A DNA stretch of 64,000 nt from the human T2T-CHM13v2.0 reference genome, Homo sapiens (GCF_009914755.1 NC_060934.1), one strand, 5' to 3'. Shown: positions 1 to 14,369, numbered from the stretch's first letter. Notes: generated by a model not told the origin, from the letters alone. Numbers and translations are program-made.

Positions 1-511
1 AGTAATTAATGAGTAATTTAATACTTAATAGGTAATTAAGTACGTAATAAGTATTGCCAATATTAGTTAGGCCTGTGGAGTTTTTCATAACGGTCTTCAA
101 ATAAGTTCAGATCTATATTTCTGTTATGTGCAAGGGGGTCCCTCTTCTTTTTTGAATGCTTCATCTACTCACTGCCTTTCCATTTGTTTGGCCTTTCTTT
201 GCTTCTGCTTTCTGACTAATTCTGCACTTCCAAGAAGACTTCAAAGCAATAGAGCCCTCCAGATTTTTGCCACATGGATGGTTCACTTAATTATCCTCTG
301 ATAGTCCTAGTATTGTGTGCCCAGTCCCACTGGGGAGAGGTGGGGCAGTAGAACTCCTGAGACTTGCTACTGCTGTATTGAGGGCCACAGTGATAAACAC
401 ATTGTTGTCTTATAGTCTGTTTGATATTTAGACTACTCAAATTTAACCATAATCTTTAAAAATAAAATGTAAATATAAATACTATTAGGTCATGAACAAA
501 AAAAATTAAGC

Positions 512-841
<330 letters not shown>

Positions 842-879
842 TCATGCTTTTATGTCTTTAGAAAACATAGTTGGAATGG

Positions 880-1237
880 TGTCTTAGTCTGTTTGGGCTG
901 CTATAGCAGAATACCATATACTGGATAGCTTATAAACAGAAATTTATTTCTCACAGTTCTGGAGACTGGGAAGTTCATGATCAAGGTGCTGGCAGATTTG
1001 GTGTCCTTTGAGGCCCGACTTTCTGGATCAGAGACAGTGCCTTCTATTTGTTTCCTCATGTGGTGGAAGGCAAGAGGCACCTATCTATGTTCTCTCTTAT
1101 GAGGGTGCTAATCCCATTTTGAGGGTACCACCCTCATGACCTAATGACTTCCCAAGGGCCCCACCTCCTAATAGCATTACCTTGGGGGTTAGCATTTCAG
1201 CATATGACTATGAAGGCAAAACATTTAGACCAGAGCA
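880..1237 (-). mobile_element. MLT1A-type MaLR solo LTR
   Basis: tgtcttagtctgtttgggctgctatag...ttagaccagagca; TG..CA ends; 5-bp TSD aatgg at 875-879 and 1238-1242. Confidence 0.88.
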
Positions 1238-1634
1238 AATGGTCTAGGCCAGATTATCACACTTGTCCTTTGTATTCTCTTTGTGGTGTGAGTACTAAGC
1301 TAAAATAGCCTAGAATATTAAAAATCGTCACGTAATATATACGTATAGTTTAAAAATGAAATAGTATAAAAAGACTTATGATGAAAACACAATATCCTTC
1401 CCCACAAAACATACTCTGTTCCCTAGATGTAGCTGCTTTTTATTCCTTGAGCTGTTTCTTGCTGATTCTTCATTTTCGAAATCTGTTTATTGCATTCTCC
1501 CCATTCATTACCTTTAGCCATTGTCTGTTGTATTCTTTTGTGGTAGAAAGGATTTACCTTTTATCCTCCTCTGTTTTCCCAATAAAGTTTAATGACAAGT
1601 TTTAGCTTAATCAATATTCAGTGTGTATATTTTA

Positions 1635-1960
1635 TTTGTCCTTTGGTGTCTATGGGGGATTTGTTCCAGGACCTCCTATGGATACCAAAACCTGATGCTC
1701 AAGGCCCTGACATAAAATGGGATAATATTTGGATATAACCTGTGCATATCCTCTGTACACTTTAATCTCTAGATTACTTACAATACCTGATACAATGTAA
1801 ATGATATGCAAATAGTTGTTATACTGTATTGTTTAGAGAATAATGTCAAAAAAGGCTGTATTTGTTTAGTATAGACACAATTTTCTGTTGAATATTTTTG
1901 ATCCACATTTGGTTGAATTCACAGACATGGAACCCAGGGAATGTGGAGCGCTGACTCTCT
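1635..1960. mobile_element. MER2 (TcMar-Tigger non-autonomous DNA transposon)
   Basis: gggggatttgttccaggacc...ggataccaaaa...tctctagattacttacaatacctgatacaatgtaaatg matches recalled MER2 consensus. Confidence 0.82.
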
Positions 1961-2537
1961 ATCATCTATGTTGTTGTTTCCTGACAAGCAACTAATATAC
2001 AAACATTTCTTTTCCTTTTTTTGTCAGAATTTTGTTTTTCCTGGAGTTGGTAATTGCCTTGTTCTTTTCTTCCCCCTTGGGTTTAATATTTTTTATACCT
2101 ATCACAAATTCTTTCTACACTGTCTAATGCTCTCAGAACAATTTTCCACATGGTTAAGATTTCAGATAATTAATCAGCTTTTTTTTTTCCCTGACAACTT
2201 TCCTCTTTGAGGCCTGTTGGCCTGCTTCATCCTTTACTATTTGCCTTCTGGCCTGGCTTCACAGCTGTCATCATGGAATTTGCTCCCATCCTGGGAATTT
2301 CTCCTCACTCTTTTCTATATTCAATCCCCAGTTAATTATATAAGGGAAAGTCTCAGTTTCTTGGCTAATTTATTCAATTTGATACATACAACCCCTACTA
2401 ATATATGGAATCCAAGTAGTAGGGAGGTAATTTTTTTCCCCTTGCAACTTAGCGTGCCTGAAAATTTCACCATATCCTTCTACTTAATTGTGGGTTTAGC
2501 CAGGTAAAGAATTTTGGGTTGAAAATAATTTTTCCCT

Positions 2538-2701
2538 GGGGTGGGGGAGGGGGGAGGGATAGCATTGGGAGATATACCTAGGGCTAGATGACGAGTTAGT
2601 GGGTGCAGCGCACCAGCATGGCACATGTATACATGTGTAACTAACCTGCACATTGTGCACATCTACCCTAAAACTTAAAGTATAATAATAAATAAATAAA
2701 T
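2538..2701 (+). mobile_element. Short 5'-truncated L1PA2-like 3' end
   Basis: G-rich tract, gatgacGAGttagtgggtgcagcgcaccagc, aaacttaaagtataataata plus A-rich tail; 16-bp TSD aaaataa(t/a)ttttccct at 2522-2537 and 2702-2717. Confidence 0.92.
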
Positions 2702-3100
2702 AAAATAAATTTTCCCTAGAATTTAAAGCTTTACTCTCTTGTCATATACCATCTCATGGCTTGAATGAGAATTCTGACACTATTCTAATCGCCTGTGACT
2801 TGTTTTTTTCTCTCTGGAAGGTTTTAAGATATTTTTATTTCAAATGTGAAATTTCAGAAGCATATGCTTTGAGTATTTTTTCTTTCAGTTACAAATTGAA
2901 TTAGCTCTACTAATATGGAACCTTATGTTTTTTGGTTCTGGACATTTTCTAGTATATTTCTTTGATTAAAAATACATTTTATAGTCTGTTTTCTTTTTCT
3001 GGAAATTCGGTTAGTTGGTCTTGGATTTTTTAAAAAGCTATTTCCTCCTATATTTTATGTATGTCTTGTTCTTTCTGGGAGAATTTTTAAAAATGTTTCA

Positions 3101-3506
<406 letters not shown>

Positions 3507-3552
3507 TTACTTTTTCTTATCTTTCTAATATCAATTGTAAGTTAAAAAATTA

Positions 3553-3795
3553 TCCCATCCTCCATTCTCTTTCCCCATTTCCCAGCCTATCCTTCCTCAT
3601 CTTCTCCACCTCCTTTATCCTCCTTCTCCTCTCTTCTCTTTCCCTTGCTTTCTCCCTCCTGTCCTTTTCGTCCCCCTTCGCCTTCTCCTCCTCCCCATTC
3701 TCTTTCCCACTCCTCCCTCACTCTTCCCCATCGGCCTCCCTCACTTTCTTCTCTTTGTCATTTCCTCATCTCCTTCTCAATCTCTTCCTTCTGTT
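3553..3795. repeat. CT-rich polypyrimidine low-complexity tract
   Basis: About 240 bp almost entirely C/T on the plus strand. Confidence 0.85.
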
Positions 3796-4824
3796 ATTTT
3801 GTTTTGCTTTTGCTTATATTTTGGATTGAGGCAGTAAAACTGTTTCTGCTTTGGTGTGATTTGTTGACTGGTCCTCACCAGCAAGGGAATGACCTCGTAT
3901 GCTGATACATTTCATAGTGAATAACTGCTACATGGCTGTCTTATGATAGTACAGTCCGTAACAGGTAGAGCATTGCATCAGCTGTGCACCTGAATTGGAA
4001 TATGATGCCCTAGAACTGGACATGTGGAGAACCCAGGAGCAATCTTGAACTCGGAGGAAATAGCTGTCCTTCCTGGTTTTCATGGTAATGTATGGGACTT
4101 GAGCAAGTCTAAGTCACTGACACTGAAGCAGTAGTGTAGATATGTACTATTTTAGAAGATCATTTACTGAAGAAAGGACATTTCCTAAAAGAAACAATAT
4201 ATGGGTATCACTGGTATTATACTCCTAGTATTATACAACCCCTTTGTGGGTGTTCTGGGCCCTGAACACTAAATGTCTGTATCACTACCCCCTTTTCCTC
4301 CCGCATTCTATAACAACCATAAAACTACTCCCCACCTCTCCTGCTTCCACTGCCCCAAAACCACCTATTTCGGAACACCTGTGTGAAGAGTGGGACCTCC
4401 CCTGGTGAAGAAAGTGTTCGCCAGCTTACGGGATTCCCTTTCCCTTTCACCATCACTGGAGAGCTCCCCTTCCTCCCCTGGCCTGTACCATCTGGCTCCT
4501 TCTAGGCACAGGTGCTATTTCAAGTGCTCTGAGGCATTGAAAAAAGAAAACGCGTTTTGGAATCAGACATTCATGAGTATTCACAGCATTGTCTCTGCCC
4601 AGAATTCCCTTTCCCCATGTCCTCATGTCTACATTCTACATTAAATAATCAGTTCAAAAGTCTCTACAGTAGTTATTCTTTGAATTCCTGTGCTTAATCA
4701 TCTGTGACTCTTCTGTAATGTTTTAGTCTTGTCGTTTTTATTACACAACTATACGTCCTTAGAGGTCAAAGTAGAAGGCTTCCATTTATTAAATGCTTAC
4801 AGGGTGCTGCTTTGCATATTTCAG

Positions 4825-4945
4825 GGGTAAAACAGAGCTTGAAGGAGATTGAAGAATTTGCCCAGAGTTATGCCACTGGTAAATGGCAAACCTAGATTTG
4901 AACCTAGACTTTTCTGGTTCCATAACTTTTATCTCCTCTCTCTGT
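4825..4945 (-). mobile_element. MIR fragment
   Basis: gaagaatttgcccagagttatgccactggtaaatggca...gatttgaacctagact resembles the MIR core. Confidence 0.65.
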
Positions 4946-5574
4946 GCCTTGTTGCTAAATAAATTTGTATAAATAAATAAAGAAATACATAAGTATTTTA
5001 GCATAAAGATGAATAAGCAGCCCTGATGAAAGCAGGCATGTCTCTTCTTTGCCCTCTGTCAACTTCCAGTTTTGGTGGAGAAAATAGCAAAACAGACTGC
5101 CTGGTCATGGATTTCTGCATATAACCTGAACTTTAAACATGCCTGGAACACATTTGGTTCTGATTTAAAACAAGTTGGCTTGCACCATTGCCATGTTATT
5201 ACAAATACAAAAGAAATATAAACTTCATTCTATTAAATAACCATCCACATAAACTCTTAAATACTTTCATGGCTTTGGGCTGGGCCAAAGCTGGATATTA
5301 AGGAAATGATTATTAATGTTACATATTTTATTCAAACTGCTCTAATTCTTTTAACCTTCCCTCCATCCCTAAAAGTACCAGTCAACCTTTTCCTTCCTCC
5401 TGCAAAATGTTCCCAGGAGGTTAAAACAGATAGAACTTTGATTTCAAGCTACTGACTCTTACTATTTGGAAATACTCTTTGTTTTCAGTTCCTCATAGCC
5501 TGTAGCTGTGTGCTCTACTTGAAACTTTTCAATCCTCCTTGGATGACAGCAAAGTTAGTTATTATTCCCTATAG

Positions 5575-5877
5575 CGGTGCTGTACAATGGAAATATGTGA
5601 ACCACAAATGTAATTTTATGTTTTATTGCCACATTAAGAAGAGTGAAACAAAACAGGTAAGATTAGTCTTATATTTCTTTGTTTAACCCAATATATAAAA
5701 GTAACATCATTTCAACATGTAATCAAAACATTATTAAGATTTTTTACATTCTTTTTTTACTACGTTTTCAAAATCCTGTTTGCATTTTATACCACAGCAT
5801 ATGTGAATTCAGACTAGTCACACTTTCAGTGTTCACGAGGCACATGTGGCCAGTGGCTGTCATATTGGATGGCGTAG
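5575..5877. mobile_element. MER33 (hAT-Charlie)
   Basis: Ends cggtgctgtacaat...atattggatggcgtag; internal tttaacccaatatat, catttcaacatgtaatc; approximate 8-bp TSD ccctatag/ctctatag. Confidence 0.8.
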
Positions 5878-7480
5878 CTCTATAGGAAGATCAGCATAAG
5901 CTCACTGTGGTGTATTAGGTATTCCTAATTCCATTAAACTATGAACATTGTTTAGATTTTGGTAAAGGGTTAGGGTTGTTTTTCTAAAAAAACATTGAAA
6001 TTATGTAAATACCCAAAGTCTTCAAATAGTGTTATGACCTCAGGCCAGACTAAACGATGCTTCAGGGATTGCTTATATAAGAAGAAATAGTGTCTGAAAG
6101 CAAGGCATTGGACATGACCAACGTTTCTGTTAATCAGTTGGACTGAAATTCCATTGACATATGTTAGGGTCATCAGTCCACCAGGAAGTCTTCATTGTTA
6201 GGCCAATAAATTTGAAGTTCGAATAAACCCTTAGCAAGAGTTACTGAAAGAGTTCAAGTTAAAAGTTGCTTAAAGCAGTGAGTAATGTAGATGTTCTCAA
6301 ATTTTTGGGAATATATATTTCCCTACATTTGATAGCAACAGATGCTTTCTGAAACTAAAATCCCCTAGATGAGAGAATGCTGGCCTTTGCTTGCTTTCTG
6401 TTGTGCCCTGAGTGTGACAGGGTCAGCACTGTCTTAGATTGTTCCTGGCATTGGAATATTGGCAGGAAAAAGATTTTACATGTGAAAAAATGCCTTGCAA
6501 TCCATATTTTGAGAAGTGTGTGTAATCTGCAGAGTCTTATGGAGCAGCAGTGGTCCCCACTGTTAGACAGATTAGGAATCCTCCCCCTAACCTCCATCAT
6601 AATCTTTCTAATTCTTATTCTGTTAAAATATTTTGTGGGAAATGAAATTTTAAAACACAGTCTCAAAGGATGTCTTGGATGGTTCAATTATTGGCCCATC
6701 CTCTTGTCCCAAATTGCCATGGATAATCTATCTAGCTCTTTTTTTTTTTTATTCTGAGCCATAGAGCCCTTTTATAGTGGGGTAAATTTCTGTTTTATTT
6801 CGTGTTTCATTTGATGTGACCTTTCATTGAAAGTGGGTTTTGTTTTTAAACAGCCTAGAATTGGAAATGTATGCATATACATTTTTCTTTTTGCGGTTCA
6901 CACATTTTGGAGGGTGTCTATTTCTGTCTTCTTTGGCTAGCTATTGAGTTTGGATATAACTCACAGAGGTTTTCCAAATACTAGATTGTTTACTGTTTTC
7001 AGCTGTGAAGATTCTACTATAGGCCTAAATGATTAAAGCTTCTCCACTGAGAGCTGCACAAAATCAGTGTTTCATTCTAGAAAGTACTAGGTTGGTTAAA
7101 GCCTAAGATCTATACCTGGCATGATGTTATTGATTGTCCATTATCTATCTCTGATATTGCGTTAGTCATTGTGTCTCCTTAGGCAGCTTATATCTACATT
7201 TGATTTTCGTACTTTTGCCAATGATTGCCTTATACTCTGTGGGCTGAAAATAATGCTGTGACAGACCAGTAATGGTGAAACCTTGGTTCATTCTCAAATA
7301 GGAAGGAAGATTTAAAAATAATTTTTACCTGAATGTTTTCTAATTAAAAAGCAATTCAAGCTATTTAAAGGTATGCTGAAAAATACAAAGAAAAAATGAT
7401 AAACAGACCCAAGAATTCTACCACTCAAATAACAAGTGTTATTAATATTTTGGTATTTATCCTTTCAGTCTTTTTTCTAA

Positions 7481-7913
<433 letters not shown>

Positions 7914-10900
7914 TGTACATTCTGTTTTATACTTTAAAAAACCAAGTTAAGATTGCATTTTTGACCATGGGAATTTAACTGCAAAAATAAAACAATATTT
8001 AAGAAAAAATATTAAAGTGAAGAAGAAAGCCATCCTTAATCCAGCCACTGTTAAGAGAAAAATTATATTTATTTTTGTCTATTCTTAATTTTTCTCAACA
8101 GGCCTATTTATTTAATTTTTTACAGGCAGGTGAATTTGAATTGTTCACAGTGAAGACTGGTAATTAGAGAGGGAAAAGATAGGGTCTGAAAATTCTCACA
8201 CTTATGAGATACAGCATTCAGATGATACTTTTCACCGTTGAAATTTAAAGTTAGAAGTGTTCTTCAGTTGGTTAGAGTATTTTAATGATGACTATGATTT
8301 TAATTCAGAAGTGGAAGAAACTTTAAGAATGAACCTAATGACTACTCTTTTCTCAGTTGGCTCTCAGAGCTTTGCATGCCATTCCAAAGTGCAAGGTATA
8401 ATTCATGAACATAAAAAGTTTCTCTGGGAATGTATAGAAACTGCATCTTCTACATCTTTTGTGCTGATTCCTCTTTCACTTGAATTGGCTGGGTTGTCAG
8501 GGAAACAGTTAACATACAGTTTTCTGGAAACAGTTAATATACAGAATAAAATATATGGCATAGCTCTTTTAGCATATGGATTAAATTGATACAATAAGGG
8601 AATGTTTTAAATTTTGTGTAAAATATTTTTGCACAAGAATCAGGCTACCTGAATAATTGTTTATCTTTCAGGTGACCGAAAAGCACAGCAGCCCTCTTAG
8701 TTGCAAATGTGTTGAGTTGTGTTAAAAAAAAAAAAAAAGATGGAGAGGAATGCCCTGATTCTTTACAGATTTGAAGAATTATATCTCAATTAATTTTATA
8801 ATTTGAACTTGGTATTTTCTTGCTCAAATTCCAAAGGGGAAGAAACCCCATTGTTTATCAAGGTAATGTTTAAAGATGTTTCATACTATGTTATAAATAT
8901 GAAGAACATAGTCCTTGTGTTTTTAGAGTTGGCTCCATAAAGCATCAGATGTTATAACAGAAAAGCATTTCAAAATGAAAAGGATATTTAAACAGAAGTT
9001 TCCATGTGCCCCAGGAAGAATTTAAAGTCAAGCTACCCCCCTCCCATTTAATTCAGTCATTAACTGGACTTGCTCTGTAGTTTGGGGGGATTGTAATAGT
9101 TTACACCTGTTTCAACTTTTGCTGTTTTTATTGGCAGTGGCTTTTGCCATCCCATATTTCTTGTGAAGCAAAAATATGAAATAAAATATGGCAAAGCATT
9201 GGAGAAATTATAATAAACATAAAAAATGAATCGTTCAGCTTAAAATATGAAATGCTTTACCTGCACATTCAGCCAGCCACGTTTCAGTAGTATTGAAGTA
9301 ATTTATTCCCGGAGTTGTGTGTCATGAAAATAAAGACAATTGCTTTCATTGGCAGGAATAATCCAGGGTTTTTACATCCAAGCGAATAAACTTTGGAACA
9401 TCAGGCAGACGTTATATTGTAAAGACAGTTTAAGGAAAACCTGCTAAATCATTATATCTGTGCTCATGTCACTGTGGAATAAAAAAGATGAAGGAGTATC
9501 AGTGTCTAAGATTGCAAAGACTCAATAGAAGTATTTTACCACAGAGTGTAATCAAACTTTAAAGGTCAAGCAATATCATGACATAAAGTATGGTTTGGCT
9601 CATTTCACAGGCTCCATTTTGCCCTCCAAATATAATGAAAAGGAAATGATTTGAGTCAATATATTATCATATCTCATATATATTTTTTTCTTCCGATCCA
9701 GCTCTCTAATGGTCTCCATATAAGTGCCCTTTGTTCTTCAGATCTAACGGTAGCTGTCCAGCTCCAGTGTTGGGTTCGGAGTGAAATAATTAAGTTTTTA
9801 GTGCATTGTCTAGAATGAGAATTGCTAAATTAAATTTATAAGTTTAATTTGGGTAGAATTGTGACTGTGAAAAACTCTCTGGGAAAGTTGCTAGGAGAAC
9901 TGAATTTTAACTTTGGCTTAATCTCACCAGTTAGGTTGCTTTGAATATTTTACAGGTTGGGGTTGTAATTTGAATGAAGGTAGGGCCTTGCCTATTTTGA
10001 TTCATTAGCATCGAACCTAAGTCCTAAGTATTTGCAGAATGAAAGTGTCAGCTTTTCTGGGTCTGTAAAATGAGCATTTTATTTTATTTATCTTATTTTT
10101 TTTAAATGAGCATTTTAAATGCCTAATTTTATATTGAGAAAAATGTTCTTCAGTGATACCCTTTTCCCCAATCTCTCACTTCTTGGAAAGACTTTATATT
10201 TTGATACTAATGAATGCAGACTAAGTGGGAGAAGTAGACTCTCAAATTTGGGCTCAGAAGAATCCGTGTTTGGGGGAAGAGAAGAAGACTTTTAGTGAAA
10301 TGTCACTCTCTTAATAGGCTCTCATGGCCTTTGTTAGCTTTGTCTGCTTGGGGTCAGTGAAAGTCCTTCAGGTGACCTGGCATCCTGGGAGTGAATTGAG
10401 TATGCTTCTCCCTAGGAAGGGCTAATGATTGGGACTCAACACCGTTTGCACCTGAGACCATGATCTAACCAACAACTCATCAGCATCTTTTACCAAGGTA
10501 TTTATGGGCTTGGGAAATGGATACATCAGAATTGAGGTAAAATCAGGCTCAGATTTAGAATTTCTTGCACACAAACACTTGGAATAAAAAAGTCCAAAGA
10601 TTTTTGCTGCCAGTGAATGTAATTTGCCATTTCTGGCTTCTTGCCTCCTGTTTTCCCTCAAATAATAAACTTGCTAAAGGTGCAGGTTTCTGGTTAAATT
10701 TTAGTGATTTTTTTTCACCTTGGAACAGAGGTAATAACAGTTTAGGTCTAACTTAGGAAATCTTTCCCTTTTTATTCATCTGGAGGTTGAAGGGCCATTC
10801 TGTGAAGGGTGTTTAGTGTTTTGATGGACTTGGAATGAAGGGGCATGACAAAGTGTGATGTAATGAGTTTGTCTTGAGCAAAATAAGTCTCCTCAAGGAA

Positions 10901-11444
10901 GTTTGTGTAATAAATATAGTTGTATAATGAAATTTCAACAGATGAATTCTAAGTTGTGAAGGAATTTCCTGTGGTAAAAAGGGCAATTATCTACTTTGCT
11001 TGATAGACCTTTGAAAATATATTTGATTCTAAAAATTTCTTCTCACAGAAGAGTTTCCTCAATGCGACTAGATATTTTTTTGAATCTCCATGTCCTTATC
11101 TGCTACTTTCATTGCCATGTGAAAGTGGGTATCATTGAGGGTGGCTCTTTTAAAACTATTTTTAGCCTTAGACAAAGACAGCCAAGAATTGGCTAAGTGC
11201 CCCCCCGAGACACTTTTCATTAGGTTTGAGCACTGACCTTTTATCTTGCCTGGGTGTTCGCTTTAGCTAGGGCCACCCACACTTGCCAGTTTGCTTAGAA
11301 GTTTGTTCAACTTTACTTTTTATGTTTTTATTGAGCTTTAATATTGGCATATTTTAAAGTTACAGAATGAAAATCATTGTTTGCAGAGCAAACTACAGAT
11401 AATTTATTTGTAGAAATGTGTGATTCAAATGGCCTACATCAGTG

Positions 11445-11813
11445 TGTAAGGAAAATGGATGTGCCGCAGTCAAGAATACGTCGAGGCAGACATCCAGTTC
11501 AGCATGACCCAGCGAGTTTGGAGTGCAGGCTCCCAACTCCACTCATTATGTAACCACGCCACATGAGGCGCATTAGGTGTCCACCCACATGAGCTCGTGC
11601 TTTGCTCAGAGCCACTATTGTCTGTAAAAGGTATAATTACCCTGCTGACACTACATGCAGCTTGTGCCCCAGTCGGCTTGTTCGTGCCAAGAGACAGAAT
11701 AAAGCCACGTTGAAACCCCCTACGATTCCTTGAGTGTTCTTTCAGCTGTCCACCACTCATCCACCCACTCCTCAGTCCTCAGCTTGGGCTGGAACCTAAC
11801 ACTTGGCATGACA
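11445..11813 (+). mobile_element. 5' LTR (LTR18A-type)
   Basis: tgtaaggaaaatggat...gagccactattgtctgtaaaaggtataattaccctgctgac...AATAAA (11698-11703)...ggcatgaca. Confidence 0.88.
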
Positions 11814-11815
11814 CT

Positions 11816-11833
11816 TGGCATAGTCAGCAGGAT
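11816..11833 (+). promoter_or_regulatory. Retroviral primer-binding site for tRNA-Ser
   Basis: TGGCATAGTCAGCAGGAT versus the complement of the tRNA-Ser 3' end TGGCGTAGTCGGCAGGAT: two CpG-type mismatches, 2 nt after the LTR. Confidence 0.85.
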
Positions 11834-11899
11834 ACTGAGGAGAGAGAGCCTTCGGTCCCCACTGATTCCAGGTTGGGCATGTGACTGCAACATGAGTTA

Positions 11900-13930
11900 T
11901 GGTGCCCAGTGGCAGCTGTACTGCTTAATGGGCTCTGGTGGAAACCTAGGTGGTGGCAGTAAATCGGTCCCCCACAAGCATGGAAGAGGTGCTGAAGCAG
12001 CTGCAAGTGCAAAGCCCTGAGAAGGAGTGAGCTTTTGCTGGCAGAGTTGGATAGGCATTTTTGAATGCACTATGAAAAGTACACACCCAGTCCCTGAGGG
12101 ATGCAGCAGAAGTAAGGGCCCTCCAGGTGCAGGCTGGGTGCCTGGAGGCCTGGCTACACAGCTCAGCAAAAGATTTAGAAGCTGCCGTAAGTGGGGACCT
12201 TCAGGTGCAGGCAGGGTGCCTGGAGGCCAGGCTACAGAGCTCGGAAAAGGAATTAGAGGCTGCTGTGAATGCAGGCCTGGGGCTGTCGTCTCAGCTGGAG
12301 ACCCCCACTCTGATACCGAGGAGGCTGTTAGTGAGACCGAGGGGTCTGCTCCATAAAGAAGGGGAAGATGCCCTGCCTGCAGGGGTCCCCCCACTGGAGA
12401 ACAGGGGGCCCCAACAAGTGACATGCTCAGAGATGTGGATTGATTTGGTTTTGGCCAGGATTGACTGAGAGAAAATTGATAAACAGCCAAATGAAGTACT
12501 CTTAACTTTGTGCAATTCCAGAAAATGCCCCAATGGGAGAAGGACATTGCTGCACAACCTGGTCCCACCTGGGCGCTTCAGCTCAAAGACTCCGTATGTG
12601 CTACAGCCAGGTGGGGGTGTAAAGCCTTTTCTGTATGATGAGGGAACTGGCTGAGGTTCGACTTAGGGGAACACCAGATGACTGGAGGCCACATGTGGAG
12701 TTGACAGTCCATTGTTACCCCACCAACATATAGCAAGTGCTGGTGCTGGTAGACACCAGCACAGATAACGTTTTGGGCATGGATATTTCACATGGCTTGG
12801 CAGCCATGCTGTCTATCAGTGGGCTTGACAAAACTGAGACAGTACCACTTTGTGGTGGACTTGGCCAATGCATTCTTTTCCAGAGAGCCAGGAGCAGTTT
12901 GCCTTCATGGGAGGGCAACAGTGGACTTTCACAGTGTTGCTGCAGGGCTATGTGCATAGCCCCACCATATGTCATGGTCTTGTTAATGATATTATGCTAA
13001 CTTCTGATTCTCTTGCAGATTTAGAAGTGACAATGCTCCCCTTGCCTAGATTTAAGATGGTGCGGCTGAGACCACCTTCCTGGCAGCCAGGTGGGCTATT
13101 CAGCAGGCACAAGCCCTACGGGTAGTTGACCAGGGGTACCTGTTTGAGCTGGATGTGCATGTGACCACAGATAGTTTTGGCTGGGGCCTTTAGCAGCGCA
13201 TGGAGCGCTTGAGAATGCCAGTAGGCTTTTGGTCCCAACTGTGGAAAGGAGCTGCGCTCCAGTATTCACTGTTAGAGAAGCAGTTAGTAACTGCATATGC
13301 TGCCCTTCAGGCTCGTGAGAGTACGGCAGGATGGGCTACAGTCGTCGTGCGGGTGACTTAGCTGATAGCGGGATGGATGCATTCATGGATAATGACTCCC
13401 TGAAATGGGCTAGCACAGACATCCACTTTAGCAAAGTGTGGTGCCTACTTGGAGCAGCAGAGTACACTGAATACAAGTCCCTTAGCAGCAGAGTACACTG
13501 AATACAAGTCCCTTAGCAGCAGAGTACACTGAATACAAGTCCCTTAGCAGCAGAGTTGCAAGAGGTCTTGGGACTTGTAGTCCTAATGGAAGATAAGGCC
13601 ATGGGGCCTGAGGCACCCCTCCATTCCTGATAGAGCATGGTATACGAATGGGTCTAGCTGGGGTGCTGCTATTGCCTGGACTGCTGTCACAGTTCACTCT
13701 AGTACTGACGCCATATGGTTTGATACCAAGTGTGGACAAAGTAGCTAATGGGCTGAAATCAGGGCAGCATGAATGGTGATCACCAAGGTGGTGACACCTA
13801 CGGTAATCTGCACCGACAGCTTGGCAGTTTATTGAGGCTTAGCCTTGTGGTTAACTATCTAAAAGTAACAGAAGTGGCCAGTTGGTCACTGGCCCATATA
13901 GGGCCAAGCCATGTGGCAAAACCTATGGGA
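11900..13930 (+). pseudogene. Fragmented ERV gag-pro-pol remnants
   Basis: 26-aa (78-bp) gag-like tandem repeat QVQAGCLEA..LEAAV at about 12123-12278; protease-like LVLVDTST at about 12740; RT motifs VDLANAFFS and QQWTFTVLLQGYVHSP at about 12855-12965; RNase H-like WYTNGSS, WAEIRA and ICTDS at about 13638-13820. Stops, frameshifts and deletions throughout. Confidence 0.8.
13453..13556. repeat. Perfect 31-bp tandem repeat, about 3.35 copies
   Basis: Unit agcagcagagtacactgaatacaagtccctt at 13453, 13484 and 13515, plus 11 nt partial. Confidence 0.97.
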
Positions 13931-14369
13931 GGAAGGATGACCTCCTCTGACCAGGTACAGAGATGAATGGTAACCTGTTGTTGCCTGCCCCAGTGCTCCT
14001 AAAGGCAGGGAAATAAAAGCTTGGCTAAATGTACAAAGCAACATTGGTGTAATGTCACCATGGGGTGGTTGCCCACCATAACCTGGAGTTGTTTTTCCCT
14101 GTATTACTGCTGTGGCCTCTGGGTCCAGGGTTTCACCCTTTGGGCATGTGTCCCCACTAGAAAAACTCCCTCTGCCTAGGGGGTGGAATGTAAGACCTAT
14201 GTGTTGGGCCTGAGTGTCTGGGGCCTGTGTACCTAGAGCCTATGTGTAAGGTCTTGTGTCGGACCTGTGTGTCTGGGGCCTGGCTTGCATGCCCAGAGGC
14301 TATGTATGAGGCCTGTGTGTTGGAGCTGTGTGTCCAAGGCCTATGTCTCCCTTGGCCTAGGGGGTGGAG

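Noticed and set aside
8126-8159. 34-nt segment between tttttacag and gtaatt
   Set aside because: Weak donor, no match to recalled BICC1 protein; expected by chance in a long AT-rich intron.
11897-12568. 223-aa minus-strand ORF
   Set aside because: Antisense to the GC-rich ERV gag remnant; its internal repeat mirrors the 78-bp duplication; no domain recognised.
13453-13556. 31-bp direct repeats resembling a CRISPR array
   Set aside because: Units are head-to-tail with no spacers, there are no cas genes, and the context is a primate ERV.
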